A stretch of 64,000 bases of DNA, from assembly GCA_002269645.1 (NCBI GenBank), contig NIVC01000646.1:431241-495240 (forward strand), in the 5' to 3' direction. The DNA comes from Macrostomum lignano. Its lineage: Eukaryota. The stretch's first letter is position 1, and each line of letters starts with the position of its first letter. Made by a program: the position numbers and the translations under genes. Shown here piece by piece: positions 27,301 to 40,200 of this stretch. The notes beneath the pieces are model-generated. The model was not told the origin of the DNA. It searched no databases and was given only the letters and a program-made list of their open reading frames with translations.

Positions 27301-29544
27301 CTCATAACCCACCTGAATCGCTCATAACCCACCTGAATCGCTCATAGCCCACCTGAATCACCATTACCTAACCAGGAATGGCTCAGCCATTAGACCCCGC
27401 ACTCACCTAGCACAGTGAACACCGAGCCAAGCATCAGCAGGCAGAAGGTTGGCGATCGCAGCATCCCAGGTGACAGCATTTTGCGCAGCGCCGATCTGGC
27501 CGGAGCCGCTGGCCGCCCGGCGTCGACCGGCACCGTGGTGGCCGAGCGATAGAAATCTCGGCCACCGGCGCCACCGCCCCCGCCAGCAGCGCCGGGGGCC
27601 CGCGTGGCCCGACAGTACTCGGCAACGTGGCGCAGCGAGCCGGAATGGAATACGTCTTTGCGATTGAGCGGTCGGAGCACTTCCCGACGCAGCGAACGGC
27701 CGATAGCCTCGCGAACCTGCGGCAGCAATAAAGCATTTTAAATAAAACAGTCACTGTGGCTGTTTTGTTCAGGGTCACCATGCTACCGTTTACTGTGACT
27801 GTTTTGTTAAGGGTCTCAATGCTACCGTTCACTGTGACTGTTTTGTTCAGGGTCACCATGTTACCGTTCACTGTGACTGTTTTGTTCAGGGTCACCATGT
27901 TACCGTTCACTGTGACTGTTTTGTTCAGGGTCTCCATGCTACCATTCACTGTCAAATATGGCCTAGGTACCCTCTAGATAGCTAGAGCGCCCACCTCCTC
28001 GGTGATTTCAGTCGAGCCGCTCAGCAGAGCCATCGCAGCCCCGTTGATTGCCGCCGGCCCGCCAGCTGCCGAAGTTGCCGTGCCGGCTAGAGACGTGCCC
28101 GACGCAAAATTCGATTGATCAGGCGTCGGAACTTCGGAATTGAGCGCCGTGTGCGGCTGCAGCGGCGCGCCGACCAGATGCGGCTGATTCGCTGCCGGAT
28201 CATTGCTGCTGACGCCGCCGACTGCTAGAGAAGTTTGGCTTTGGGCGAAGTCGCCGACGCCTGCGCCGCCGCTAATGCCTCCGCTCACGCCGCTGACGCC
28301 GCCGCCTCCGCCTCTGACGGTAGCAGCCAGCTGAGACAGGCTGCCCTTGGCTGTGGCGGCCGCCTCGGCCAGGAAGCTGTGCCTGCTAGTTAAACGACGC
28401 GATCCTGCGCCGGAAGCAGCCGCAGCCGCTGTCGCAGCAGAATAGCCGGGCGTTTTCCTGCGCAGAACATTCTCGGCTATGCGGTGGATCGCCTCCATGC
28501 TGAGCATTGGCCGGTCATCAAAGTCTGGGGGCGGCGGCTCCACCCGATTAGCCGTAGTGATGATCCAGCCGTTTAGGGAGCCCTGCGTTGGTTAGTGAGA
28601 GATTAGGGCTGCCTCTGCGCACCGGTTTTATGGGGAATCTAAGGACGGGCTAGTGGGGAATTTAAGCATTGGCTAGTGGGGAATCTGAGCATTGGATAGT
28701 GGGGAATCTGAGCATTGGCTAGTGGGGAATCTGAGCATTGGATAGTGGGGAATCTGAGCATTGGCTAGTGGGGAATCTGAGCATTGGATAGTGGGGAATC
28801 TGAGCATTGGCTAGTGGGGAATCTGAGCATTGGCTTATGGGGAATCTGAGGACTGGCTAGTGGGGTATCTGAGCACTGGCTACTGGGGAATTTGGGCACT
28901 GGCTAGTGGGGAATCTGAGGACTGGCTAGTGGGGAATCTGAGCACTGGCTACTGGGAATCTGAGGACTGACTCATGGGAAATCTGAGGATTGGCTAGAGA
29001 GGAATCTGAGGACTGGCTTATGGGGAATTTCAGGACTGGCTCATGGGTAATCTGAGGACCGGTTCTAATTGCTAAAATTTAAATTTTAAGGCCGCGCACA
29101 AAAAGTCGCCCACCGCTCACCTGGCTAATATTTCTCTCACGCTTCTTATTCTCCACCAGCTTCCGCATGATGTTCCCCTTGACGCGCGGCTCGCCGCGGG
29201 CCAGCCGGCGCAGCTCCCGCTTAGCCAGGATGTCGTAGTAGCGATCCAGCGGCATCAGCAGGGAGCCGGCGACAACGCAGTTGAACAGCACACCGGCCAG
29301 CACCATGAGGGCGCCTCGCCAGGTCAGCTGGTCGACCAGCTGATCGGTGGCCAGGGCTACGGCGGCCGTGCCGACGCCACTGCCGCAGACGCCGATGCCG
29401 GTGGCGATGGCTCGTCGACGCTCGAACCAGAAGCCGACAGTGACTACGGCTGGCAGGTAGACTAGGCCTAGGCTGGCGCCTGCGGGCGGAGCCGGGGTGG
29501 ACGGCTACAGACACTGAGACAGACAGCCAGACAGACAGCCAGAC

Positions 29545-29601
<57 letters not shown>

Positions 29602-29692
29602 CACAGACATACAGACAGACAGACAGACACACACACAGACAGACACACAGACAGACAGACATACAGACAGACAGACAGACAGGCAGACAGGC

Positions 29693-29729
<37 letters not shown>

Positions 29730-29828
29730 GGCAGACAGGCAGACAGACAGACAGACAGGCAGGCAGGCAGCCAGCCAGACAGACAGACAGACAGACAGAC
29801 AGACAGGCAGGCAGGCAGCCAGCCAGCC

Positions 29829-29885
<57 letters not shown>

Positions 29886-32800
29886 GGCAGACGCGAGCAG
29901 AGTACAGCTTGTATGCTGGGAATTCGAAGTCAACAAAAAGAGGACAAATCAGCTATTTATAGACAATATCTGGTTTGAAAAGCAGGGGCATAAGCAATCC
30001 AATGTTTTTATCATGGCTGGCGCAGTCTATGCTGTAATACAATACTTCAGTATATATGGCAGTTTTTTATTCACTCTAGCGAGCCTCCCACATCTGTTTG
30101 TGACGGGAGGTTTGCTATCAAATTGCACAGCCGGCGCATAAATACGAGGTTTAGCGGCAGCTATGCCAGCCCAAATGGATGAACTAGTTTAGTACAAACC
30201 ATGAGCTACCAATGTGAAATACTGGCGAGTGTTAAACTAATGTGTAAATTTATTTCCTATTCTATGGGAGCTGATTAAAATTGCGTACATTTGATAATTT
30301 TTGTAGTCTACCCAGCTAGCTGCGTATGGGACAGCTCTGAGCAAAATAGTTATAGAAAATGAACACAATGCATTTCTCTCAGGAGACTCCGCCCATGTGA
30401 TGGAGGGTGAAGAGGGAAGAGGAGATGGAGGGTGAAGAGTTGAGAGGAGATGGAGGGTGAAGAAGGGAGAGGAGATGGAGGGTGAAGAGTTGAGAGGAGA
30501 TGGAGGGTGAAGAGTTGAGAGGAGATGGAGGGTGAAGAGTTGAGAGCAGATGGAGGGTGAAGAGTTGAGAGGAGATGGAGGGTGAAGAGTTGAGAGGAGA
30601 TGGAGGGTGAAGAGTTGAGAGGAGATGGAGGGTGAAGAGTTGAGAGGAGATGGAGGGTGAAGAGTTGAGAGGAGATGGAGGGTGAAGAAGGGAGAGGAGA
30701 TGGAGGGTGAAGAGTTGAGAGCAGATGGAGGGTGAAGAGTTGAGAGGAGATGGAGGGTGAAGAGTTGAGAGGAGATGGAGGGTGAAGAGTTGAGAGGAGA
30801 TGGAGGGTGAAGAGTTGAGAGGAGATGGAGGGTGAAGAGTTGAGAGGAGATGGAGGGTGAAGAGGGGAGAGGAGATGGAGGGTGAAGAATTGAGGGGAGA
30901 TGGAGGGTGAAGAGTTGAGAGGAGATGGAGGGTGAAGAGTTGAGAGGAGATGGAGGGTGAAGAGTTGAGAGGAGATGGAGGGTGAAGAGTTGAGAGCAGA
31001 TGGAGGGTGAAGAGTTGAGAGGAGATGGAGGGTGAAGAGTTGAGAGGAGATGGAGGGTGAAGAGTTGAGAGGAGATGGAGGGTGAAGAGTTGAGAGGAGA
31101 TGGAGGGTGAAGAGTTGAGAGGAGATGGAGGGTGAAGAGTTGAGAGGAGATGGAGGGTGAAGAGTTGAGAGGAGATGGAGGGTGAAGAGTTGAGAGGAGA
31201 TGGAGGGTGAAGAGTTGAGAGGAGATGGAGGGTGAAGAAGGGAGAGGAGATGGAGGGTGAAGAGTTGAGAGCAGATGGAGGGTGAAGAGTTGAGAGGAGA
31301 TGGAGGGTGAAGAGTTGAGAGGAGATGGAGGGTGAAGAGTTGAGAGGAGATGCAGGGTGAAGAGTTGAGAGGAGATGGAGGGTGAAGAGTTGAGAGGAGA
31401 TGGAGGGTGAAGAGGGGAGAGGAGATGGAGGGTGAAGAATTGAGGGGGTGGAGGGTGACGAGGGGAGAGAAGATGGAGGGTGAGGAGGTGAGAGGAGATG
31501 GAGGGTGAAGAGGGGGAGGAGATAGATGTTGAAGAGTTGAGAGGAGATGAAGGGTGAAGAGGGGGGAGGTGATGGAGGGTGAAGAGTTGAGAGGAGATGG
31601 AGGGTGAAGGAGGGTGAAGAGGGGAGGAGATGGAGGGTGAAGAGGGGGGAGGTGATGGAGGGTGAAGAGTTGAGAGGAGATGGAGGGTGAAAAGGGGGGT
31701 GATGGAGGGTGAAGAGTTGAGAGGAGATGGAGGGTGAAAAGGGGGGAGGTGATGGAGGGTGAAGAGTTGAGAGGAGATGGAGGGTGAAGGAGGGTGAAGA
31801 GGGGAGGAGATGGAGGGTGAAGAGGGGGTGATGGAGGGTGAAGAATGGAGAGATGGAGGGTGAAGAATTGGGAGGGGAGAGGAGATGGAGGGTGAAGAAT
31901 GGAGGGAAGGAGAGTAGATATAAGTAGAGCAAAGAGAAGGGTGAGAAAAATTATATTTCAACTGAACAGAAGGACACAGGTAATAAATTTATTTTCCTAC
32001 AAGCGTCCAACAGAGAGTTGCTAAACATAAATTTTCATCTTTTATCTTATGCAAATTTGGATTAATTTTCAGTTAACAAAAACGCGAAACGACAGGATGG
32101 CACACAAAAAGATGCGGGAGAAGCAGATAGCAACACACAGAAGCCATTTGACAGTCGGGCAATTAATTAATTAGGCTTAAATAGCTAGTTCCGACATGGC
32201 AGTCACTGAGAGAGGAGGAGGAGAATGAAAAGAGAACGGCACATGGGAAATCGAACCAACGCACGTAATGGGACTGAACACAATTAAAAGTACATTACGA
32301 GTAGCATAGTAGAAAAGAGAATTTTACACTGTTAAATCTAGCCTAGTAGGCTGGTGCCATAATATATAATCTAAACTACTAACAGTAGGCTTTAATTCAC
32401 TTTTATAAACTGTACGCGTACGTCCTAAAAAGTGCACTAGCACTGAAAGCAGACAGAACTGGGAACAGGCGCTTAAGATAAGAACTAAGCGTACTAGGGT
32501 TCCGAACTGTTTTGCTTCAGTTACCTATTTATATGTGACAGGATACCGGTGAAACATAATGGCACATTCATGTGAGTTGGAGTGGCTCATTCATGTAAAC
32601 CAGAGCGACACATTCACGCGAACCAGAGTGACACATTTATGTGAGTCAGAGTGACATATTTATGTGAGTCAGAGTGACATATTTATGTGAGTCAGAGTGA
32701 CACATTTATGTGAACAAGAGTGACGCATCAAAGTGAGTGACAGATCTAAATGAACCAGAGTGACAGATTTACTAGAACCTGAGTGACAGATCTACATGAA

Positions 32801-34479
32801 CCAGAGTGACAGATTTACTAGAACCTGAGTGACAGATTTACTAGAATCAGAGTGACAGACCTACAGGAACCAGAGTGACAGATTTACTAGAATCAGAGTG
32901 ACAGACCTACATGAACCAGAGTGACAGATTTACTAGAACCTGAGTGACAGATCTACATGATCCAGAGTGACAGATTTACTAGAACCTGAGTGACAGATTT
33001 ACTAGAATCAGAGTGACAGACCTACATGAACCAGAGTGACAGATTTACTAGAACTTGAGTGACAGATCCACATAAATAAGTGACAGATATCAGTCAACAG
33101 TACACATGACGAGCGACTCACCGCCAAGGACGCCGAACACGAACACGAATGCATAATAGTTGGTGACAAAGGAGGCCCCGCAGAAGACGGCAGCGGAGGC
33201 CGCGGCGCCCAGCATAATGATGGGCCGGCAGCCGAATGTGTTGGCCAAGGCGGAGCTCGTGGGGCCTGGGGCAGGGTCGGTGGGAGAGGCTTTTTGATAT
33301 GCACTGCAACCATTAGCTTATGGACATGACCGGAGCAATACTCGTAAGAAGTAATCATACAGTTATTATATTCTCGCAATAATTATTGACCATCTGAGAA
33401 TGCAAAGTAAATAGTAATAGTAAATAATACAGAAATAAAGATCGGGGCGATTATCATTGTTTTGTACATATAGTGACACATCAACAAAGACAGACAGACA
33501 GACAGGCAGGCAGATAGACAGGCAGGCAGGCAGGCAGACAGACAGACACTAAGACAGACAGACGGACACTAACACAGACACTAAGACAGACAGACACTAA
33601 GACAGACAGACGGACACTAACACAGACACTAAGACAGACACTAAGAGAGACACTAAGGCAGACACTAAGACAGACACTAAGACAGACACTAAGACAGACA
33701 CTAAGACAGACACTAAGACAGACACTAAGACAGACACTAAGACAGACACTAAGAGAGACACTAAGACAGACACTAAGAGAGACACTAAGACAGACACTAA
33801 GAGAGACACTAAGACAGACACTAAGAGAGACACTAAGACAGAGAGACACTAAGACAGACACTAAGAGCGACACTAAGACAGAGAGACGGACACTAACACA
33901 GACACTAAGACAGACACTAAGACAGACACTAAGAGAGACACTAAGACAGACACTAAGAGAGACACTAAGACAGAGAGACGGACACTAAGACAGACACTAA
34001 GACAGACACTAAGAGAGACACTAAGACAGAGAGACACTAAGACAGACACTAAGAGCGACACTAAGACAGAGAGACGGACACTAACACAGACACTAAGACA
34101 GACACTAAGACAGACACTAAGAGAGACACTAAGACAGACACTAAGAGAGACACTAAGACAGAGAGACGGACACTAAGACAGACACTAAGACAGACACTAA
34201 GAGAGACACTAAGACAGAGAGACACTAAGACAGACACTAAGAGCGACACTAAGACAGAGAGACGGACACTAACACAGACACTAAGACAGACACTAAGACA
34301 GACACTAAGAGAGACACTAAGACAGACACTAAGAGAGACACTAAGACAGAGAGACGGACACTAACACAGACACTAAGATAGACACTAACACAGACACTAA
34401 GACAGACACTAAGACAGACACTAAGACAGACACTAAGACAGACAGACACTAAGACAGACACTAAGACAGACAGACACTA

Positions 34480-34516
<37 letters not shown>

Positions 34517-36402
34517 CTAAGACAGAGAGAGACACTAAGACAGACAGACAGACACTAACACAGACACTAAGACAGACACTAAAACAGACACTAAGATAGA
34601 CACTAAGACAGACACTAAGACAGACACTAAGAGAGACACAGACAGACATGCAGTCAGCCAGACAACAAAGTAGGCAAAAAGTTAACCGAAAAAACACAGC
34701 CATTCGGGCATGCCATAAACAGACAGCAGCAGCAATAGCAGGCTATTTATCAAGAGTTCAGTTAAAGAGGCGCAGCTTATCAACACACATTTGTCAGCAC
34801 ATACGACTCGATAATAAATACGAATAGTGTAATTATGTGGTATCGAAGGGCGCGGGGCCGATCCGGCCAGATGAAAACCCCGCTACTTAGATAAGCAGCA
34901 AAACACACGGCTGCATTGGTTCTGTCAATACGAATACGAGCATTTCTAGTTGACCTCGACTGAACTTTTTTAGCTCGTACAGGCAAAATCAGGCATCAAG
35001 TTTATGCAATAGAAATTTATACAGCGACAACAACCCGGCCTAAAATAGAAACATATCAGCATTCAAATTTCTGCGATCATAAAGAAGAAAGCGGCTGCTT
35101 TTACTCGTACTATTGCCTTATGTTTCGAATGCGGGCTCCACAGGAATGGCGGGTTAATGGCGGAATGTAGCGAAAAAAAATTACGCTTTGGGCCGGATCC
35201 AGTGCAGGCTTTTCTCGCTTCTATCGCTTTTTTAACTTTTGCTCGGAACTTTATCACCGTGTTGAAGCCGAGGAGATGACCCGGATTCGAGCCCAGCTAT
35301 CTGTGTTGGGCTTTACAAATCTATTTATGAACTTTACAATTCATAAGACTGATGGCGGGGGGAGCAGCTGGTCACGCCACTCTCGACCATGAGGACTAAC
35401 TAGCTGACTAACTGACTGACTAACTGACTAAATGACTAACTGACTAAATGACTGACTAACTAACTAAATGACTAACTAACTGACTAACTGACTAACTAAC
35501 TAAATGACTGACTAACTGACTAACTGACTGACTAACTGACTAACTGACTGACTAACTAACTGACTAACTAGCTAGCTGACTAACTGACTGACTGACTAAC
35601 TGACTAACTGACTAACTAACTAAATGACTAACTAACTGACTAACTGACTGACTAACTGACTGACTAACTAGCTAGCTGACTAACTGACTAACTGACTAAC
35701 TGACTGACTAACTAACTAACTGACTAACTAACTGACTAACTAACTAAATGACTGACTAAATGACTAACTGACTGACTAACTGACTGACTAACTAGCTAAC
35801 TGACTAACTGACTGACTAACTAACTAACTGACTAACTAACTGACTAACTAGCTAACTGACTAACTAACTAACTAACTGACTGACTAACTAACTAACTGAC
35901 TAACTAACTAACTAACTGACTAACTGACTGACTGACTAACTAACTAACTGACTAACTAACTAACTAACTAACTGACTAACTAACTAACTAACTAACTGAC
36001 TAACTGACTGACTAACTAACTGACTAACTAGCTAGCTGACTAACTGACTGACTGACTAACTGACTGACTAACTAGCTAACTGACTAACTAACTAACTGAC
36101 TAACTGACTGACTAACTAACTGACTAACTAGCTAACTGACTAACTAGCTAGCTGACTAACTGACTGACTGACTAACTAACTGACTGACTAACTAACTGAC
36201 TAACTGACTGACTAACTAACTAACTAGCTAGCTGACTAACTGACTAACTAACTAACTAATTAACTAACTAACTGACTAACTAACTAACTAACTAACTAAC
36301 TGACTAACTAACTGACTGACTAACTAACTGACTAACTAACTAACTGACTAACTGACTGACTAACTAACTGACTAACTGACTAACTGACTAACTAGCTAGC
36401 TG

Positions 36403-36449
<47 letters not shown>

Positions 36450-36506
36450 GACTAACTAACTAACTAACTAACTAACTGACTAACTAGCTGACTGACTAAC
36501 TAAAGG

Positions 36507-36541
<35 letters not shown>

Positions 36542-36542
36542 G

Positions 36543-36573
<31 letters not shown>

Positions 36574-37125
36574 GACTGACTAACTAACTAACTAACTAAC
36601 TGACTAACTAACTAACTGACTAGATAACTGACTAACTGAGTAATTAACTAACTAACTAGCTAAAAATCTAACCAACAGTACTAGCTATTTAACTAACAAT
36701 TTAACTAATGATTAAGGAGCTAATGAACTCCAATTGAACTCACCAAACAGCATGTAGACGCCAAACACGGTGCTGCCGATCAGAGACAGCTCTGCCGGCC
36801 CCCTGCCAGCAAAGGATTCGCTAATCCGGTCGCGAGCTACGCTAAAAAACGAATAGCAAAAGCCGTCAACAAGGCCGTGGCAGAGGAATGCGCCAAGCAC
36901 AATGAACCAAGCGTAGCCCTTGTCCGGCGGGCTGGGAGGCCCGGCCGCGTCCACACCAGCCGGTGGCAGCGACGCTGTCGCCTGGGGAGGATTGGGATTC
37001 GGCGAAGTAAAATAACTGTAGGATTCTGCCGCTGACTGCGGCGGCTGCTGATGCTGAGGGTCTGGTGGTTCGGCAACCACCTGGCCAGCAGCTGCAGGCG
37101 GCTGCTGCTGCTGCGGATTCGTCAT
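22962..37125 (-). CDS. SLC16/MCT family MFS transporter; exons 37125-36744, 33265-33122, 29479-29121, 28582-27995, 27716-27407, 26731-26609, 24579-24433, 23554-22962 (~881 aa)
   Basis: MCT signature [57 protein letters not shown], a long central loop, [11 protein letters not shown] and [16 protein letters not shown]. All eight exons join with consistent phases and GT-AG sites. Confidence 0.92.
23589..24428. repeat. (ACAG)n microsatellite filling SLC16 intron 7
   Basis: Runs from next to the donor to ~35 nt before the acceptor. Confidence 0.97.
25470..25760. repeat. ~90-bp imperfect tandem repeat (GACGAAACTCAGCCTAGGGGGCAGGCCCAATCTAGCTCAGCCAATGAG)
   Basis: 3-4 copies. Confidence 0.75.
26795..27360. 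repeat. 20-bp minisatellite ACCCACCTGAATCGCTCATA with a 240-bp higher-order duplication
   Basis: The variant pattern near 26841-27080 is repeated at 27081-27320. Confidence 0.92.
27745..27952. repeat. 39-bp repeat in SLC16 intron 4
   Basis: ACTGTGACTGTTTTGTTCAGGGTCACCATGTTACCGTTC, about 5 copies. Confidence 0.9.
28640..29065. repeat. 24-bp minisatellite GCTAGTGGGGAATCTGAGCATTGG
   Basis: About 17 copies, degenerating rightward. Confidence 0.9.
29505..29890. repeat. (ACAG)n/(GCAG)n microsatellite
   Basis: Lies just upstream of the SLC16 exon 3 acceptor. Confidence 0.95.
30395..31910. repeat. 25-bp purine-rich minisatellite GAGGAGATGGAGGGTGAAGAGTTGA
   Basis: About 60 copies. Confidence 0.95.
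32600..33085. repeat. ~23-bp repeat CAGAGTGACAGATTTACTAGAAC
   Basis: About 20 variant copies. Confidence 0.85.
33488..34650. repeat. 12-bp AGACAGACACTA repeat (ACAG-derived) with 188-bp higher-order units
   Basis: Identical ORF translations at 33873 and 34061 show 188-bp periodicity. Confidence 0.92.
35395..36660. repeat. Mixed (ACTA)/(ACTG) tetranucleotide array
   Basis: About 1.27 kb in SLC16 intron 1. Confidence 0.97.
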
Positions 37126-37542
37126 GATCGAGAAGTTCAGCAGCTCTGAGTCTTATTTTTGCAGAATTTAAAACTGAAAAATTTAATTTAAAAAGAACTT
37201 ATTTAGCGAATAAACTTGGGCCAAAAAGAATCATGAACTCATTTAGTAATGTTCTATTTTTAGAAACCTGACGAGTACTGGCCTAAGTACTTGCAACTTA
37301 AAATTAGTATTAAGTAAGTACAACAATAGTCCACTGTCTCGACAAGTTGAAATAGACTATAAATAGAATCATATTGTCATATTCTTTATGTACAGTGACA
37401 ATACATATCCAAGAAAAGTCTGCTCACTTCTATATCTAGTGTGCTGTGTGCTGTGTTTGACACAATGCACACTACATAGTATGTTCTCTTAAAATTGCAC
37501 AATACCTAAATTAGTTTTCCATTATGCAACATATACTAATCA

Positions 37543-37845
37543 TAATAATTGATTACTGATTACACCTGCCCTATTGGGCACATGTGCAACCGACCGCTCA
37601 GCCGCAGCTATTGCGCGGCGCATCTGAAGGCTATGTACGGCTGTTCAGTCCAAGAACTGGGGGGTCGCCACACACCCTTAATTACCCCATTGAATGCTGG
37701 CACCCATTTTACAGCTAGATGAACTGAAGCAATGCAGAGTTGAGTGTCTTGCTCAAGGACACAAATTGTTCCAGTGGGATTGGGAATCGAACCCACAACC
37801 TTCAAGTTGTGAGTCCGACGCTCTAACCACTAGGCTACAACCCCC
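37543..37845 (-). mobile_element. tRNA-derived CORE-like SINE, copy 2
   Basis: Same family. Head GGGGTTGTAGCCTAGTGGTTAGAGCG...GGTTCGATTCCC with clear A and B boxes; ATT tail. Confidence 0.82.
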
Positions 37846-39533
37846 AATGGCTATAGCTGCTTATAGATAAATTACAGTATAATAATTACCTATGATAGCT
37901 ATAGATATGCCAATAGAAGACTGCACTTATGGCTATAACTAGGAAAAATAATATGAATAATTTAGTAAGAAGCCATAGCCTTGACTAGTTTTTTGCAACA
38001 ATAAATGTGCCATGGCCTATGAGATTCTAAATTTGCATCTTGAATTTGGAGTTTAAGATGCCAATTTAATATCTAGTTTATTTATTTAAATGAAAAAGTC
38101 AAGCACCACTTGATAATAAATATAAAAGCAATGTTAGAATTAGTTAACAAATAAAAAATAACTATCTTAACCATCTTATTATTAGGTGTATCAAAGTAAA
38201 TTATATAAAATAGTCTAGCACTAAAGTCTATTGTTTAATACAATAACAATTACACATTGCTATTGCAATATAGATTACTTTTAGGTTAGGTTTTTAAGTA
38301 TCAAAATTGTAGTACATTTGGTATGCCAGGTCTTAATTTAGGATGCTAAAGAAAAAACGATTTATAGAATACTAACTAATATCATTTGATTTAAAAGAAA
38401 CTAATATTATATAATAAAATAAACTTAGCTAATCCAACTAACCAAATATATATCCTACAAGTATAAGCTATAAGTTTGATTGCTGACTTAAACTATTCTA
38501 TTTTTTGATAATATTAGATTTCTTAAACTTTAAAGTATTTAGAATGTTTTTATTTTCTAATTGTTATTTGCTTTTACCAAAAATTACAATAATTAGATAC
38601 CTTATATATCAATATATATAAGATAAAAAAACTAAAAAATTGACAATATCATATTGAGTAAATTCAGTCTTAGACATAATTCTAATACTCTGATATTCTA
38701 ATACTATTAGCAATACATTCTGGGTATTGGAGTATTAGAAGCTAATACTTTTATGATAGTATCAGACTTTGGTAACTTCCAATACATTTCAAATTTTCCT
38801 GATAGTCTGATAGTCCAATATTTTTTTAAATTTTGAGCCTGCAAACAATCAAAATTTGTTAAAATGAATGAAATAGTTGCATAATTTTATAGAAAGTAAT
38901 GATAAATCCTTCACTTTTAGGTAATGACTCTGAAATAGTTATTACTTTCAACCTTAAAACCAGTTTTTAGAACTTTTAAAAATTGCCTGTGCCATATATA
39001 CTTTTTCAATTAGTAATTAGTAAGTATCATCAAAATGATATTATTTATTCAATTATCATGCTGCAAGTATTGCAACATTGTCACTATCAGCCACTGATTG
39101 CCAATTAAGTCTACAATTTCTACAATTTAGTATATACACAAGTACTACACTAGTAATAGAACCAATTTAGTGAATGATGCATACATGTAAACACTTAGCA
39201 ATAAATAAATAAATGCACTATTTTGGGTGCATATATTGGGTAAGGCCAAGTTGAGTAAAGGGAATTAAAGAGAAGTGACATGATTTACTTGGGTTTACAT
39301 ATGTAAAGAATAGAATGGCAAGGTGTTGCCCAATCAGAGATTTTAAAGTCTATACCTTGGCTTAGAGCATTTGGTCTGGCTAGCTGACTAAATGTACATG
39401 TAAATGCACCCAACCCAAAAAAACAAGACCGAGATTAAGCATGCAAGTGCATCAATTGCAGACTGACAGGCTGCCACACTATACTAACAGTATAACAGTA
39501 CTAATATATATAAAGAAAAATAACTACAGAGGC

Positions 39534-39539
39534 TAATAA

Positions 39540-39578
<39 letters not shown>

Positions 39579-40200
39579 GTTACGCCCCACGCCAGCCACG
39601 GGAGTGGCCAAGAGGGGGGAGCGTCAAATCGCGCGTTTCAGAGCCAGGTCTCTAATGTGCTTCACACCGGCCGTCTGGCTGGGTGCTCGCGCATCTTCAA
39701 AAAGGCGGTCGACGTAGCGGGCTGATCGTCCCTGACCACGCCTGCGCGGTCCCTGCGGGGTCCACAGCAGGACGTCCTGCAGCGGCTCTGGGCAGTAGGC
39801 TTCGGCCCGGATGACATGTCCGGCAAGCCGCAGGCGCCGCTGACTCAGCAGGGCAGAAGGCCGCGTCAGGCCTGTGCGTTTGTACAGGGACTCGGTTGTC
39901 TCGCTGCCAGGGCCGCGGCGGGCGCCGAAAGCGGCGCGGACTAGGGCCGCATGCGCCGCGTCGAGCTGCGCCTCAAGCGCCCCGGTCAGCGTCCAGGTCT
40001 CAGCATTGTACAGCAGGGCGGTCTCAACAACCGCCTGGAACAGCTGGGACCTGGCGCCGTCGGACAGGGCCTCGGAGAGCAGCACCGCCCGCACAGATCG
40101 GAAGGCAGCCCAGGCCTTGCCGCGCCGTCTCGCTAGGTCGTCACCGACGTCCGGCACCAGTCCGCCGAGGTAGACGAACTGAAGGCACTTCGGGAGCGCC
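39534..40200 (-). mobile_element. 5'-truncated non-LTR retrotransposon (RTE-like), 3' end of the RT ORF plus (TTA)n tail
   Basis: Translation QFVYLGG..DDLARRRGKAWAAF..LLYNAETW..RRLRLAGHVIR..RRRGQGR resembles the C-terminus of RTE-clade ORFs. A short 3'UTR is followed by a (TAA)n run at ~39534-39578. Confidence 0.85.

Noticed and set aside
30237-31961. 574-aa and 517-aa Pro/Ser/His ORFs, plus the VCLS/DRQT, LQCE, GSSVIINDH, ADKM and EWGQG ORFs
   Set aside because: Translations of stop-free tandem repeats lying in introns, UTR introns or intergenic DNA.
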